The notes under the pieces are model-generated. The model was not told where the DNA came from. It ran no database searches and saw only the letters and a program-made list of their open reading frames with translations. Positions 37,563 to 47,515 of a stretch of DNA of 64,000 nt are shown here, piece by piece (the first letter of the stretch is position 1; every line of letters starts with the position of its first letter). The stretch spans positions 910 to 64,909 of the forward strand of contig CAYYYS010000013.1 in NCBI GenBank assembly GCA_964476155.1. The letters are read 5' to 3'. Both the position numbers and the translations under genes were made by a program. Source of the DNA: an uncultured Fibrobacteraceae bacterium. Lineage in GTDB: Bacteria; Krumholzibacteriota; Krumholzibacteriia; LZORAL124-64-63.

Positions 37563-38990
37563 ATGGCCAAGCAGACCACGCGTTACGTTTGCGGCAATTG
37601 CGGACACGATGAAGTTCGCTGGATGGGGCAATGCCCCCAGTGTCACGAATGGAACGCCATGACAGAAATCAAGCTGGGCAAGGTCGAAGGCAAGGGCCGC
37701 GGCACCGGTTTCGCCCGCGGACGGCCCAAGCGGACCGACACCGAGGCCGTGCAGCCGGTTTCCCTGGCCGATATCACCTCGGCGAGCCGCGACCGTCTGT
37801 CGGTCGAGCCGGAGGAGATCGCCCGCGTGCTGGGTGGCGGACTGGTGGTCGGTTCGGTGGTGCTGTTGGGTGGCGAGCCCGGCGTGGGCAAGTCGACGCT
37901 GCTGACCGGTCTGGCCCTGAGTTGGGTGAGCCAGGGTGTTCGTGTGCTCTATGTGGCGGGAGAGGAGTCGCCGCCGCAGATCCGCATACGCGCCGAGCGG
38001 CTCGGTTTCGACGCCAAGCGGACCGACGGCTTCCACATCCTGAACGAAGTCGACCTGGAAAAACTGTTGGCGGCCCTGTACGCCGATCGGGAGGCCCACC
38101 CCGGGCCGGTCGTGCTGATCGCCGATTCCATCCAGACCCTGCACAGCTCCGAGATCGACGCCTTCCCCGGCAGTGTCAGCCAGATCCGCTATTGCGGCGG
38201 CGTGCTGGCCAACTTCGCGCGATCATCGGGATGTCCAGTCTTCCTGGTGGGACACGTCACCAAGAGCGGCGACCTGGCGGGACCCAAGCTCCTCGAACAC
38301 ATGGTCGATACGGTTCTCTACTTCGAAGGTGACGGCGGCGGACCCGTGCGCATGGTCCGCGCGGTAAAAAACCGCTTCGGCGCCACCGGCGAGCTGGCCA
38401 TTCTGGAGATGCGCGGCGAGGGGTTGGTGCCGGTGGACGAGGCCGGCGCGCTGTTCCTGAGCGGACGGCGCGGCGAGGAACCCGGGGCCGCGGTGTGCGC
38501 GGTTCGCAACGGGTCACGCACTTTCCTGGTGGAAGTGCAGGCCCTGGTGTCTCCCACGCGTTACGGCACCCCCCAACGGGTGGTCCAGGGCGTGGACAGC
38601 AAGCGGGTGGCCCTGCTGGCGGCCATTCTCGAAAAGCGCGCGGGACTGGACCTGGCCGGCTGCGACATCTTCGTCAAGGTGGCCGGCGGAGCGCGCCTCG
38701 ATGATCCCGGCGCCGACCTGGCCATCGTCACGGCCCTGGCGTCGTCGCTGCGCGAGATCCCGGTGCCCATGGACACGCTGGTCATGGGCGAGGTCGGCCT
38801 GACCGGAGACGTTCGCGGCGTGAGCGATCGCTCGGGACGATTGCGCGAGGCGTCCCGTCACGGCTTCAAGCGCGCCGTGATCGCGCGGGTCAAGCCCGAC
38901 CGCAAGACCGAACAGGGTGTGGCCGTGACCGCCGTGACCACCGTCGACGAGGCGGTGGCCCTGGCCCTAGCCCGGATTATTCATGACTGA
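37563..38990 (+). CDS. radA: DNA repair protein RadA/Sms
   Basis: CGNCG...CPQCHEW zinc finger, GGEPGVGKST, DSIQT, KNRFG; last 6 codons come from the downstream hairpin element. Confidence 0.97.
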   Translation: MAKQTTRYVCGNCGHDEVRWMGQCPQCHEWNAMTEIKLGKVEGKGRGTGFARGRPKRTDTEAVQPVSLADITSASRDRLSVEPEEIARVLGGGLVVGSVVLLGGEPGVGKSTLLTGLALSWVSQGVRVLYVAGEESPPQIRIRAERLGFDAKRTDGFHILNEVDLEKLLAALYADREAHPGPVVLIADSIQTLHSSEIDAFPGSVSQIRYCGGVLANFARSSGCPVFLVGHVTKSGDLAGPKLLEHMVDTVLYFEGDGGGPVRMVRAVKNRFGATGELAILEMRGEGLVPVDEAGALFLSGRRGEEPGAAVCAVRNGSRTFLVEVQALVSPTRYGTPQRVVQGVDSKRVALLAAILEKRAGLDLAGCDIFVKVAGGARLDDPGADLAIVTALASSLREIPVPMDTLVMGEVGLTGDVRGVSDRSGRLREASRHGFKRAVIARVKPDRKTEQGVAVTAVTTVDEAVALALARIIHD

Positions 38991-39148
38991 GCTACTGCGG
39001 TCGCGTATGTTCAAGCCTGACAGCACGTCCTCGGCTTTGCTACCTCAACGTGCCTACGGGCACGCCTCGGTCCCAAAACCTTGCGGACGCCCTGTCAGGC
39101 TTGAACATACACAACCTCGCTACGCTCAGTCATGAATAATCCGGGCTA
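38968..39148. mobile_element. 181-bp TA-flanked hairpin element inserted in the 3' end of radA
   Basis: Perfect 25-bp outer IR (38968-38992 / 39124-39148), perfect 19-bp inner IR (39005-39023 / 39092-39110), apical CGTGCC-TACG-GGCACG. Confidence 0.75.
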
Positions 39149-39180
39149 AGTCGCTCCCGCAAGGCGGGGGGAGGAACACC

Positions 39181-39900
39181 GTGAACACCGTCCCGACACC
39201 CCTGCATCTGATCCTCCTGGCCGGCGGCGGCGGCACGCGGGCTCGTGAGGGCGCGCATGTGCCGCCCAAGCAGTTCACCGTGGCGGCCGGTCGTCTGCTG
39301 ATGGCCTGGAGCGCCAAAGCCCTGGCGGCCCATCCCGCCGCCACCAGCCTGGTCGTGACTTGTGCGCCCGAGTGGCGGGACGCGGCTACCGAGGCCCTGC
39401 CCGCTTCGCCCCGGCTCCTGTTCGCCGATCCGGGCGAGACCCGCACCGCGTCGACCTGGAGCGCGCTCCAGGTGTTGCGCGAGGCGGTCGCACCGGGCGA
39501 AACGGACCTGGTAGCCGTCCACGACGCGGCGCGTCCCTTCGCGACGACCGACCTGCTGGGCCGTGTCTACGAAGCCGCCCTCGTCAGCGGCGGCGCCGTG
39601 CCCGGCCTCCCCGTGGCCGACACCATCGTGGCCTGTCGCCCCGACGAAACCGGTCCGGTCCGCTACCTGGAGCGAGACACGCTCCACGCCGTCCAGACCC
39701 CCCAGGTTTTCCGCTGGTCCCTGCTGTACGACGTGCACGCCTGGGCCGCCCAGGAGGGACTGTCGTTCACCGACGACGGCGGTCTGATGGCTGATCGCGA
39801 CGATCCTCCGGTGGTTGTGGCGGGGGAGGAAACCAACTGGAAGGTAACCACCGCCGCCCATCTCGCGCGGGCGTGCGAGATCCTGGAGGTCGCTGGATGA
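39181..39900 (+). CDS. ispD: 2-C-methyl-D-erythritol 4-phosphate cytidylyltransferase (IspD/TarI family)
   Basis: LAGGGGTR, PKQF, VHDAARPF, VQTPQVF, TDD, NWKVTT; GTG start after GGAGG. Confidence 0.85.
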   Translation: MNTVPTPLHLILLAGGGGTRAREGAHVPPKQFTVAAGRLLMAWSAKALAAHPAATSLVVTCAPEWRDAATEALPASPRLLFADPGETRTASTWSALQVLREAVAPGETDLVAVHDAARPFATTDLLGRVYEAALVSGGAVPGLPVADTIVACRPDETGPVRYLERDTLHAVQTPQVFRWSLLYDVHAWAAQEGLSFTDDGGLMADRDDPPVVVAGEETNWKVTTAAHLARACEILEVAG

Positions 39901-40868
39901 ACGATGTTTGCGCCATCTGCGGCAACGCGTCCGATAATCGCCGCCACCAGGCCCGCGAGATGATGTTCGGGCTGCGTGACATCTTTACCTACCTGGAGTG
40001 CGGCGATTGCGGATGCCTGCAACTGGTCGACCCGCCGGCCGATCTCGCCCCCTACTATCCGTCGGACTATTACTCCTATGCCGCCGGACACGCCGACCGA
40101 CTGGCCTGGCTGAAAGCCTGGCTCAAGAAACGCATGGCCGGCGCCCGCTTGCATGGAGGCGATCCCCTGGGGGCGTGGCTGCTGCGTCGATACCCCGTCC
40201 CGCCGTACCTGGCCTGGCTGGCCTTCATGAAGCTGGACTTCGCAGCCGCCGTCCTGGACGTGGGCTGCGGCGCGGGCGAGCTGCTGTGTGAGATGAAGCG
40301 TGACGGATTCCGTTACCTCCAGGGTGTGGACCCGTTCATCTCGGCCGAACTCGATCTGGGCGGGGGTGTGAAGATCCATCGTCACGGCCTCGAGGCGCAG
40401 GACGGTTCCTTCGACCTGGTCATGCTCCACCACTCCCTGGAACACATGCCCGATCAGCGGGATGTCATGGCCCACTTGCGGCGACTCGTGCGGCCGGGTG
40501 GTTGGCTGCTGATCCGCGTGCCGGTAGTCGACAGCGTGGCCTGGCGGGAGTACGGCGTGGACTGGGTACAGCTCGACGCGCCGCGCCATCTCTACCTGCA
40601 CACCCGGCGCAGTCTGGATCGACTGGCCGAGGGCGCGGGTTTCGCGAACCGTCGCCTCCTGCACGACGCCACCGGGTTCCAGTTCTGGGGCAGCGAACAG
40701 TATCGTCGCGACATGCCGTTGCGGGATCCCCGATCGATTGCGTCCAACCCCGGGCAGCCCCTCTTCGACCGCGCGGAACTGGCCGGGTTCGATCGTCGCG
40801 CCGAGGAGCTCAACGCGCGGGGTGAAGGTGATCAGGCCGTGTTCTTCTACCAGGCTCCGAATGAGTGA
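39897..40868 (+). CDS. Class I SAM methyltransferase with N-terminal Cys cluster
   Basis: CAICG, CGDCG, LDVGCGAG, HSLEH, LDAPRHL. Confidence 0.87.
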   Translation: MNDVCAICGNASDNRRHQAREMMFGLRDIFTYLECGDCGCLQLVDPPADLAPYYPSDYYSYAAGHADRLAWLKAWLKKRMAGARLHGGDPLGAWLLRRYPVPPYLAWLAFMKLDFAAAVLDVGCGAGELLCEMKRDGFRYLQGVDPFISAELDLGGGVKIHRHGLEAQDGSFDLVMLHHSLEHMPDQRDVMAHLRRLVRPGGWLLIRVPVVDSVAWREYGVDWVQLDAPRHLYLHTRRSLDRLAEGAGFANRRLLHDATGFQFWGSEQYRRDMPLRDPRSIASNPGQPLFDRAELAGFDRRAEELNARGEGDQAVFFYQAPNE

Positions 40869-40972
40869 CATCGTGTTCTTGCCGTGGTCTGATAGTTTAC
40901 CTTTATTGTCCGGGTTCAAGGATTGCGTGATCCGGATCGCGTCGGCCCCCGAACCGACCTGAAAGAAGCACC

Positions 40973-41554
40973 ATGTCCCATCATCACGATCGCACACGTA
41001 CGCTCTTGTCGACCGTCGTCTTGACCCTGTTTCTGACCGCCGGTGCCGTGGCCGCCCAGGGCGAATACAGCGTTCTGGGCCTGTCGGCCGCTCCCGACGC
41101 CTATGTCGACGAGATCGATGTTGCCTACGGCCAGGACTTCCAACTCTACGTGATCATCGCCGGCCCCGGCGCGGTCGAGCCACTGACCCGGGACTTCGTC
41201 TCGGTCAATTGGGCCGTCCTGCAGGCCTGTTGCGGCGGGTCGCCCGCCACCCTGATCGAGTCCGATCTGCACACGGACCAGCTCGTTCATGAGGGCGATC
41301 CGATCTATGGCGTCCATACCAGCGCGCCGACCTGTGTCGATGCGGAGATCATCACCGTCGCCACGCTCACCTTCACCTGGCTCTACGAACCCGTCACCGG
41401 ACCATTCCTGCTGGGCGCGGCGTCCATGTCGGCCGCGGAGTTCTGTGGGGGAGAGACGGAGTTCCTGTCCGGCTGTTCGGTGCGGGTCGCGCCCCTGGGG
41501 TATACCCCGGCGGCGGACCACACCTGGGGCGAGGTCAAGTCCCTCTTCAGGTAG
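40973..41554 (+). CDS. Hypothetical secreted protein with C-terminal TWGEVKSLFR motif
   Basis: Signal peptide (LLSTVVLTLFLTAGAVAA); four Cys-containing segments; terminal motif shared with 53839 and 55153 proteins. Confidence 0.75.
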   Translation: MSHHHDRTRTLLSTVVLTLFLTAGAVAAQGEYSVLGLSAAPDAYVDEIDVAYGQDFQLYVIIAGPGAVEPLTRDFVSVNWAVLQACCGGSPATLIESDLHTDQLVHEGDPIYGVHTSAPTCVDAEIITVATLTFTWLYEPVTGPFLLGAASMSAAEFCGGETEFLSGCSVRVAPLGYTPAADHTWGEVKSLFR

Positions 41555-41779
41555 CTGCGACGCGACGCTGAGCCTCGTTTTTCATAGAGACCTTCCGACC
41601 GCCGAGACTCCGGTTATCAACCGAGTCCCGGCGGCCCCATTTTGCAGTCCATTTTCACTGCCAAAATAGGCTTGTGCCGCTTGATCGGGATCGATCCAGG
41701 ACACATATTCGTACCGGTATAGCCTGTTCTGAAATTCCGTCCCTGACTGGCCGTTAGACGGCTTCGACAGGAGGCTCTC

Positions 41780-41986
41780 TTGAGCAAGAAAAAAGAGAAC
41801 GAAACCCCTCCGGTGATCGAGATCAATGCCGAGTGGTGTAAGGGATGTGGCATCTGTATCGAGTACTGTCCCACGGACGTACTGGCCCTCGAAAGCGGTA
41901 TCGCGGTGGTGGTCAAACTCGACGAATGCACCCGCTGTCAACTCTGTGACTACCGCTGCCCCGATTATGCAATCACCGTAACGTGA
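41780..41986 (+). CDS. korD: 2x[4Fe-4S] ferredoxin, delta subunit of 2-oxoacid:ferredoxin oxidoreductase
   Basis: CKGCGICIEYCP and CTRCQLCDYRCP; AGGAGG before TTG. Confidence 0.88.
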   Translation: MSKKKENETPPVIEINAEWCKGCGICIEYCPTDVLALESGIAVVVKLDECTRCQLCDYRCPDYAITVT

Positions 41987-42007
41987 TCGCGGAAAGGAAC
42001 CTGGCCG

Positions 42008-43159
42008 ATGCCTGTTACCAAGAGAAATGACAGAGTCCGGGTCATGACCGGCAACGAAGCCTGCGCCGAAGCGGCGCTCGCGTCTGGACTCAAGTTCTTT
42101 GGGGGTTATCCCATCACACCGTCCTCGGAGATCGCCGAAGAGCTGTCGACCAAGCTCCCGGCCGCCGGCGGCAAGTTCATCCAGATGGAGGATGAGATCG
42201 CCGCGATGGGTACGGTGATCGGTGCATCCCTGGCCGGCGCGAAATCCATGACCGCCACCAGTGGCCCCGGTTTTTCGCTGAAGCAGGAAAACATCGGTTA
42301 TGCCTGCCTCACCGAGGTCCCGTGCGTCATCGTCAACGTGATGCGCGGCGGGCCGAGCACCGGGTTGCCGACGATGCCCCAGCAGTCGGACGTGATGCAG
42401 GCGCGCTGGGGAACCCACGGTGATCATCCGATCATCGTCCTGGTGCCGCAGAGCGTGGCCGAGACCGTCGACTTGACGATCCGCGCCTTTCACCTCACCG
42501 AGAAGTACCGGATCCCGGTCATCCTGCTCATGGACGAGACCGTGGGACACATCAGCGAAAAGATCACGCTGCCGGACCCGGCCGAGGTCGATATCTACGA
42601 ACGGAAGCAACCGACCGTGTCGCCGGACAAGTACCTCCCGTACGAACACACCGAGAGCGACATCCCCGAGATGGCGTCCTTCGGTACCGGGTACCGTTTC
42701 CACGTGACCGGCCTCTGTCACGACCAGACGGGTTTTCCGACCAACGACCCGGTCGAGATCGAGAAGCAGATGCTGCGGATCAACCGCAAGCTGGAGCGGT
42801 ATCGGGACGATATCATCGAGGTGGAAACCGACGGCGATGCGGATGCCGAAATCGGTATCTTCGCCTACGGCTCCACCGCTCGGTCCGCCAAGCGCGCCAT
42901 GTTGATGGCCCAGGAGAAGGGCATCAAGGTCAGCTACCTGCGGCCCCGCACCATGTGGCCGTTCCCCGATCGCGAGGTGCTCGCCATGGGCGAGCAGGTC
43001 GGCAAGATCATCGTGCCGGAAATGAATCTCGGCCAGGTCGCCCACGAGGTCGAATGGGCGGTCGGTGGACAGGCCGAAGTGATCAAGGTGAACAAGATCA
43101 ACGGTGAACCGATCAGTCCGCTCGAAATCCTGGCGGCCATCGAAAAGGCGGTGAAGTGA
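42008..43159 (+). CDS. korA: 2-oxoacid:ferredoxin oxidoreductase alpha subunit
   Basis: GYPITPSSEI, QMEDEIAA, TATSGPG, RGGPSTGLPT; substrate (2-oxoglutarate) inferred. Confidence 0.9.
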   Translation: MPVTKRNDRVRVMTGNEACAEAALASGLKFFGGYPITPSSEIAEELSTKLPAAGGKFIQMEDEIAAMGTVIGASLAGAKSMTATSGPGFSLKQENIGYACLTEVPCVIVNVMRGGPSTGLPTMPQQSDVMQARWGTHGDHPIIVLVPQSVAETVDLTIRAFHLTEKYRIPVILLMDETVGHISEKITLPDPAEVDIYERKQPTVSPDKYLPYEHTESDIPEMASFGTGYRFHVTGLCHDQTGFPTNDPVEIEKQMLRINRKLERYRDDIIEVETDGDADAEIGIFAYGSTARSAKRAMLMAQEKGIKVSYLRPRTMWPFPDREVLAMGEQVGKIIVPEMNLGQVAHEVEWAVGGQAEVIKVNKINGEPISPLEILAAIEKAVK

Positions 43160-43980
43160 TGGAAACCTTCGACTACACCACCTATCTGAGGGACAAGAAG
43201 TTTCCCCTGATCTGGTGTGCGGGTTGTGGACACGGCATCGTCATGAAGTCGATCCTGCGCGCCGTCGATCGTGTGGGCTGGGACCAGGACAAGATGGTCA
43301 TGGTTTCGGGCATCGGCTGCTCCAGTCGCATGCCGGGCTACGTGGACTTCAACACGTTGCACACGACCCATGGCCGGGCGTTGCCTTTCGCCACCGGCGT
43401 GAAGATGGCCAACCCCGACCTGCACGTCATCGTGATCACCGGTGACGGCGACGCCACCGCCATCGGCGGCAACCACTACATCCACGCGGCGCGGCGAAAC
43501 ATCGACCTCACGGTCGTTCTGCTGAACAATACGATCTACGGCATGACCGGTGGTCAGGTCAGCCCCACGACCCCGCGGGGCAAGAAGGCCAGCACCGCGT
43601 CGTTCGGCAACGTCGAGCCGACGTTCAACATCAGCGGCCTGGCCCAGGCGGCCGGCGCGTCCTTCGTGGCCCGCGGCACCGCCTACGGCGCCGTGCAGCT
43701 CTCGAAGTACATCGAAAAGGCCCTGCTCAAGAAGGGGCTCTCGGTGGTCGAGGCCATGTCGCCCTGTCCCACCGTTTACGGCCGGCGCAACAAGTACAAG
43801 AATCCCGTCGAGATGTATGACGAACTGAAGGAGGATTCGGTGCCGGTCAAGAAGGCGGCCAAGATGTCGGAAGAGGAGCTTGACGGCAAGATCGTCACCG
43901 GTATCCTTACCGATGTCGATAAGCCCGAGTACACTGCGGAATACGCCAAGCTCATCGAAAAGCTGGGAGGGTCGTCATGA
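43159..43980 (+). CDS. korB: 2-oxoacid:ferredoxin oxidoreductase beta subunit
   Basis: WCAGCG, SGIGCS, HGRA, TPP motif GDGD...NNTIYGMTGGQ. Confidence 0.92.
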   Translation: METFDYTTYLRDKKFPLIWCAGCGHGIVMKSILRAVDRVGWDQDKMVMVSGIGCSSRMPGYVDFNTLHTTHGRALPFATGVKMANPDLHVIVITGDGDATAIGGNHYIHAARRNIDLTVVLLNNTIYGMTGGQVSPTTPRGKKASTASFGNVEPTFNISGLAQAAGASFVARGTAYGAVQLSKYIEKALLKKGLSVVEAMSPCPTVYGRRNKYKNPVEMYDELKEDSVPVKKAAKMSEEELDGKIVTGILTDVDKPEYTAEYAKLIEKLGGSS

Positions 43981-44525
43981 GTTTCCGCTATGAGGTCCGT
44001 TTGAGCGGCGAAGGTGGCCAGGGATTGGTGCTCGCCGGCAAGGTGCTCGCCGAGGCGGCGGCCATCTACGACGACATGAACGCCACCCAGAGCCAGTCCT
44101 ACGGGCCCGAGGCCCGTGGCGGCGCCAGCCGTTCCGAGGTCATCATCTCCGACGGTGACATCGACTATCCCAAGGCCGTGAACATCGACCTGTTGCTGGC
44201 CATGACCCAGGAGTCGGCCAACAAGTACCACGGCGATCTCAAGGACGGCGCCATCATGCTGGTCGACAGCCACGCCTGTCCCGACATCCCCGAGGGCAAT
44301 TTCAAGGTCTACAGCGCGCCGATCATCGAGATCGCCCGCGAGAAGGTGGGCAAGGTGCTGGTGGCGAACATCGTGGCGCTCGGTTTCATCACCGAGTTGG
44401 CCAAGGTGGTCACGCAGGAGGCGGTCGAGGCGGCTGTCCTGGCGCGTGTTCCCAAGGGTACCGAGGAGCTCAACATGACAGCCTTCAAGGCCGGGGTCGA
44501 GGCGGCCAAAGACCTGGTGAGCTAG
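43977..44525 (+). CDS. korC: 2-oxoacid:ferredoxin oxidoreductase gamma subunit
   Basis: GEGGQG, SYGPEARGG, NIVALG. Confidence 0.92.
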   Translation: MSFRYEVRLSGEGGQGLVLAGKVLAEAAAIYDDMNATQSQSYGPEARGGASRSEVIISDGDIDYPKAVNIDLLLAMTQESANKYHGDLKDGAIMLVDSHACPDIPEGNFKVYSAPIIEIAREKVGKVLVANIVALGFITELAKVVTQEAVEAAVLARVPKGTEELNMTAFKAGVEAAKDLVS

Positions 44526-44531
44526 CTCTTT

Positions 44532-47498
44532 CTAAAGTTCGAGTTCGACGAGCAGGTCGCGGACGATGTCCGCGACCTGTGCCGTTCTGGTGATGATGTC
44601 GTCGAGGAGGACCTGCCGTCCCGCTTCGTCGTCCGGGCCGTCGCTGTAGCCCTGCACCCAGGCCAGATGTCCCAGTTCTTCGGGCAGGATATCGTCCTCG
44701 GCGGCCACGGTCAGGTGGTAGATGTCGCGGATGTGCTTGAGGTGGCGGAAGGCGGAGAACATTACTTCCAGATCTTCGGCGCGATGTTCAAACCGAGCGA
44801 CCAGGTGTTGTTGCAGATCCCAGGAGACCGGCAGCCAGAATCCCGCGCGGGCCATCAGGATCATCAGCATCAGTTCGATGTCCCGCAGGCCGCCCTTGGT
44901 CTCCTTGATGTTGAGCGTCGAGATGATGCCCTGATCCACCGCCTGATGGCGCGAGCGGATCTCCTTGGCCATCCGGGACGTGAAGTACGCCTCGCGGTCG
45001 AGGATATAGGGTCGGATGATCTGTCGGTAGAGTTCGGCTTCGTTCTTCTTGCTGCCGACGATCTTGCGTGCGCCCAGGAGCTGTGACATGTCGATGAAGG
45101 CCACGTCGTCCGGGTTTTCGAAGAGTCGTTTCAGCTCCGAGAAGGTCGTGACGTAGTGGCCGAACCGCTCCGCGAACCGGTACTGGGGCATGGTTCCGCG
45201 CTTGATGATCTCGCTGTTCATCCGCGTCATGATCCGGCCGCAATATTCGCGGATCTGCGGATCGTCCGAGTTGAGCAGGATGACCAGGTCATAGTCGTCG
45301 TCGAAGGCCAGTTTGCGGCCGTGGCCGCCGGCGGCGTAGATGGCCAGCAGGTCGCGGGTGCGGATACTCTCGGACGAGTGCGTGCCCACCTCCTGCTTGC
45401 AGACGTCGAATAGCGATTCCAGGTAGTTGTCCACGAATTCGGTGAATTCGGCGTTGACCTGCTCGATCGGCAATCCCTCCCGGCATTCCAAACCAATGCG
45501 CAGAAACTCCAGGTCGTAATAGCTGCCCAGTTCCTTTCGCTTGCGGTCGAAGGTGGGGAAGGTCTCGAAGCGGGCAAAGAAACCCTTGGCGATCACCTCG
45601 AGCATTTCGGTTTTACGCAGATGACGGATGCATTTGGGGTAGCGGTCGACCGTACGCTGCAGGAACCGCCGGAAGTAATGGCTGGATGTGCAGTGAAGAC
45701 GACAGAAATGCAACAGGTCCTTGCGCAGTGATTCCACTTCCGCGTCCCACACGTCGTTCTCGAAGATCAGCGCGAAGCGGTCGCGGTCCGTCTCGCTCAG
45801 TCCGGTCAGGAAGTCGTTCAGCAGTTTGGGATAGTGATCGAACAGGGCGGTTACGCGCGGGATCACGTCGGTCGATTCTCTCAGGCGGTCCAGCAGTGCG
45901 GCGCTGAGTTCGCGGTGCAGGATGCGGGCGTTCTCGTGGCTGCGTTGTCCGTGCAGCAGGATCAGCAGCTGCATGACCACCTTGATCGTCGAATCGCTCC
46001 ACTTGGCGTAGCGTCGTACGAGCTTGCCGCGGTCCCTGTCGTTGAGCGACATGAAATCGTCCACGAATTCGATGACCAGCTCGCGGTTCTTGCGCATGGG
46101 ACTCATGACGTCGTCCCAGAACCGGGTGCCGCGGAAGAAGTGCAGGGTCTGGACGAACTCCACGGCGATGTTGTTCGTCTTTTCTTCGCCTTCGGTGTGC
46201 GCGTCGCGTCCACCGAGGTATTTCGCGAAAACGCTGATGCGCTCCAGATGGTCGCGCAGATCGTCCATCAGGATCCGGCCGGCCTTGCGTACGGTCTGTA
46301 CGTGCTCGTGGTAGTGGATGAGCAGGTGCTCGTAGCCGCAGACGACCCCCACGTTCCGGTAACCCATCAGCGCAGCCACCGCTTCGAGCTGGGCGCGTGA
46401 TCCTTTTTCCTGGAGGAGGATCTTTTCTTCCTGAACCTCCAAAAGCTGGTAGAGGAAGCGGAAGACCTCGATGAAGGAGAGGGCGTCCTCGAGGTCCCCG
46501 TAGGTCTGCATGTGTTCGGGATCCCGGGCCATGAGCTCTTCGAGGATGCGCCAGGCGTTGACCTCCTTGATACCCAGGACGGTCTTGCGGGCGGACAGCA
46601 GGCCCTTGATGATGCGCAACGCGTCCCGCTTGGGGTGAACGCTGTCGTCCGGCATCTTGCGCAGCAGCAGGTCGTTGATCTCGCCCATCATGCCGCGCAG
46701 GTATCCCTCGTGGTAACGGTTGTCCTGGCCGGGGTCGTAGTAGTAGCGGTCGGTCACGCGGGAGGTGAAGTCGGCGAAGAGCGATCTGTTGCCGATGATG
46801 GGCCGCGCGCCGAGCAACTCGGTGATGATGATGAAGTCACGGATCGCGCCGTCGAGCAGTGTCCCGTACTCGTCTATCGAGGCGGAGTAGCTCTTTTCGC
46901 CCACGTGTTCGGAGAGGTGCAGGTGCAGGGGGATGGCCCGGCGCATCATCTCCCGCTGCAACGACGAGATGGCGTGGTTCAGGGCTTCACGGTGATCGAC
47001 GTTGCTGTCGATGATGCCGAGGTCGAGATCGTCCTGGTCGGCTCGCGTGCCCACGCCGCAGATCACGAAGTCGAGCTGATTCTCCTGCGCTAGGAAGAGT
47101 TCGAGCAACTTGCCCATGTAGGCGCTGGTCAGCCGCCGCAGGTCGCGTCCCGTCAGCAGCATGAAGTCGCGGTAGACCTCGTAGCGGTCGGCCTCCGACG
47201 CCAGACCCAAACGCAGGACATCCACCGCCCGCGTATTGAGGTTCAGCAGCTGGAAGGCGAAGTAGCAGCCGAGAAAGTCGAGGCGCTCCTTCTCGTCGTG
47301 ACCCATCTCGCAGATCATGTCCATCTCCTGCGCCAGGTCGGGGGCCGAGGCCCAGAAATGGATCTCGTCGATGGCGCCGGATTCCTCCAGGCGTTCGCTG
47401 AGCAGGTCCTTGTGCTTGGCGATGAAGTGGGTGTACTTGCGGTGATGGTTGCCCAGCTTGCCGATGCTTGTCTGGAGGCGGTTGAAGTCGTTCAGCAT
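44532..47498 (-). CDS. 988-aa protein with two pol-beta-superfamily nucleotidyltransferase domains (GlnE/GlnD-like architecture, divergent)
   Basis: NT1 CGVGTRADQDDLDLGII; NT2 AAGGHGRKLAFDDDYDLVIL; LLGARPIIG and LLGARKIVG; NIKETKGGLRDIE. Confidence 0.72.
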   Translation of the reverse strand: MLNDFNRLQTSIGKLGNHHRKYTHFIAKHKDLLSERLEESGAIDEIHFWASAPDLAQEMDMICEMGHDEKERLDFLGCYFAFQLLNLNTRAVDVLRLGLASEADRYEVYRDFMLLTGRDLRRLTSAYMGKLLELFLAQENQLDFVICGVGTRADQDDLDLGIIDSNVDHREALNHAISSLQREMMRRAIPLHLHLSEHVGEKSYSASIDEYGTLLDGAIRDFIIITELLGARPIIGNRSLFADFTSRVTDRYYYDPGQDNRYHEGYLRGMMGEINDLLLRKMPDDSVHPKRDALRIIKGLLSARKTVLGIKEVNAWRILEELMARDPEHMQTYGDLEDALSFIEVFRFLYQLLEVQEEKILLQEKGSRAQLEAVAALMGYRNVGVVCGYEHLLIHYHEHVQTVRKAGRILMDDLRDHLERISVFAKYLGGRDAHTEGEEKTNNIAVEFVQTLHFFRGTRFWDDVMSPMRKNRELVIEFVDDFMSLNDRDRGKLVRRYAKWSDSTIKVVMQLLILLHGQRSHENARILHRELSAALLDRLRESTDVIPRVTALFDHYPKLLNDFLTGLSETDRDRFALIFENDVWDAEVESLRKDLLHFCRLHCTSSHYFRRFLQRTVDRYPKCIRHLRKTEMLEVIAKGFFARFETFPTFDRKRKELGSYYDLEFLRIGLECREGLPIEQVNAEFTEFVDNYLESLFDVCKQEVGTHSSESIRTRDLLAIYAAGGHGRKLAFDDDYDLVILLNSDDPQIREYCGRIMTRMNSEIIKRGTMPQYRFAERFGHYVTTFSELKRLFENPDDVAFIDMSQLLGARKIVGSKKNEAELYRQIIRPYILDREAYFTSRMAKEIRSRHQAVDQGIISTLNIKETKGGLRDIELMLMILMARAGFWLPVSWDLQQHLVARFEHRAEDLEVMFSAFRHLKHIRDIYHLTVAAEDDILPEELGHLAWVQGYSDGPDDEAGRQVLLDDIITRTAQVADIVRDLLVELEL

Positions 47499-47515
47499 GA
47501 CAGGTCCATGTCGCT

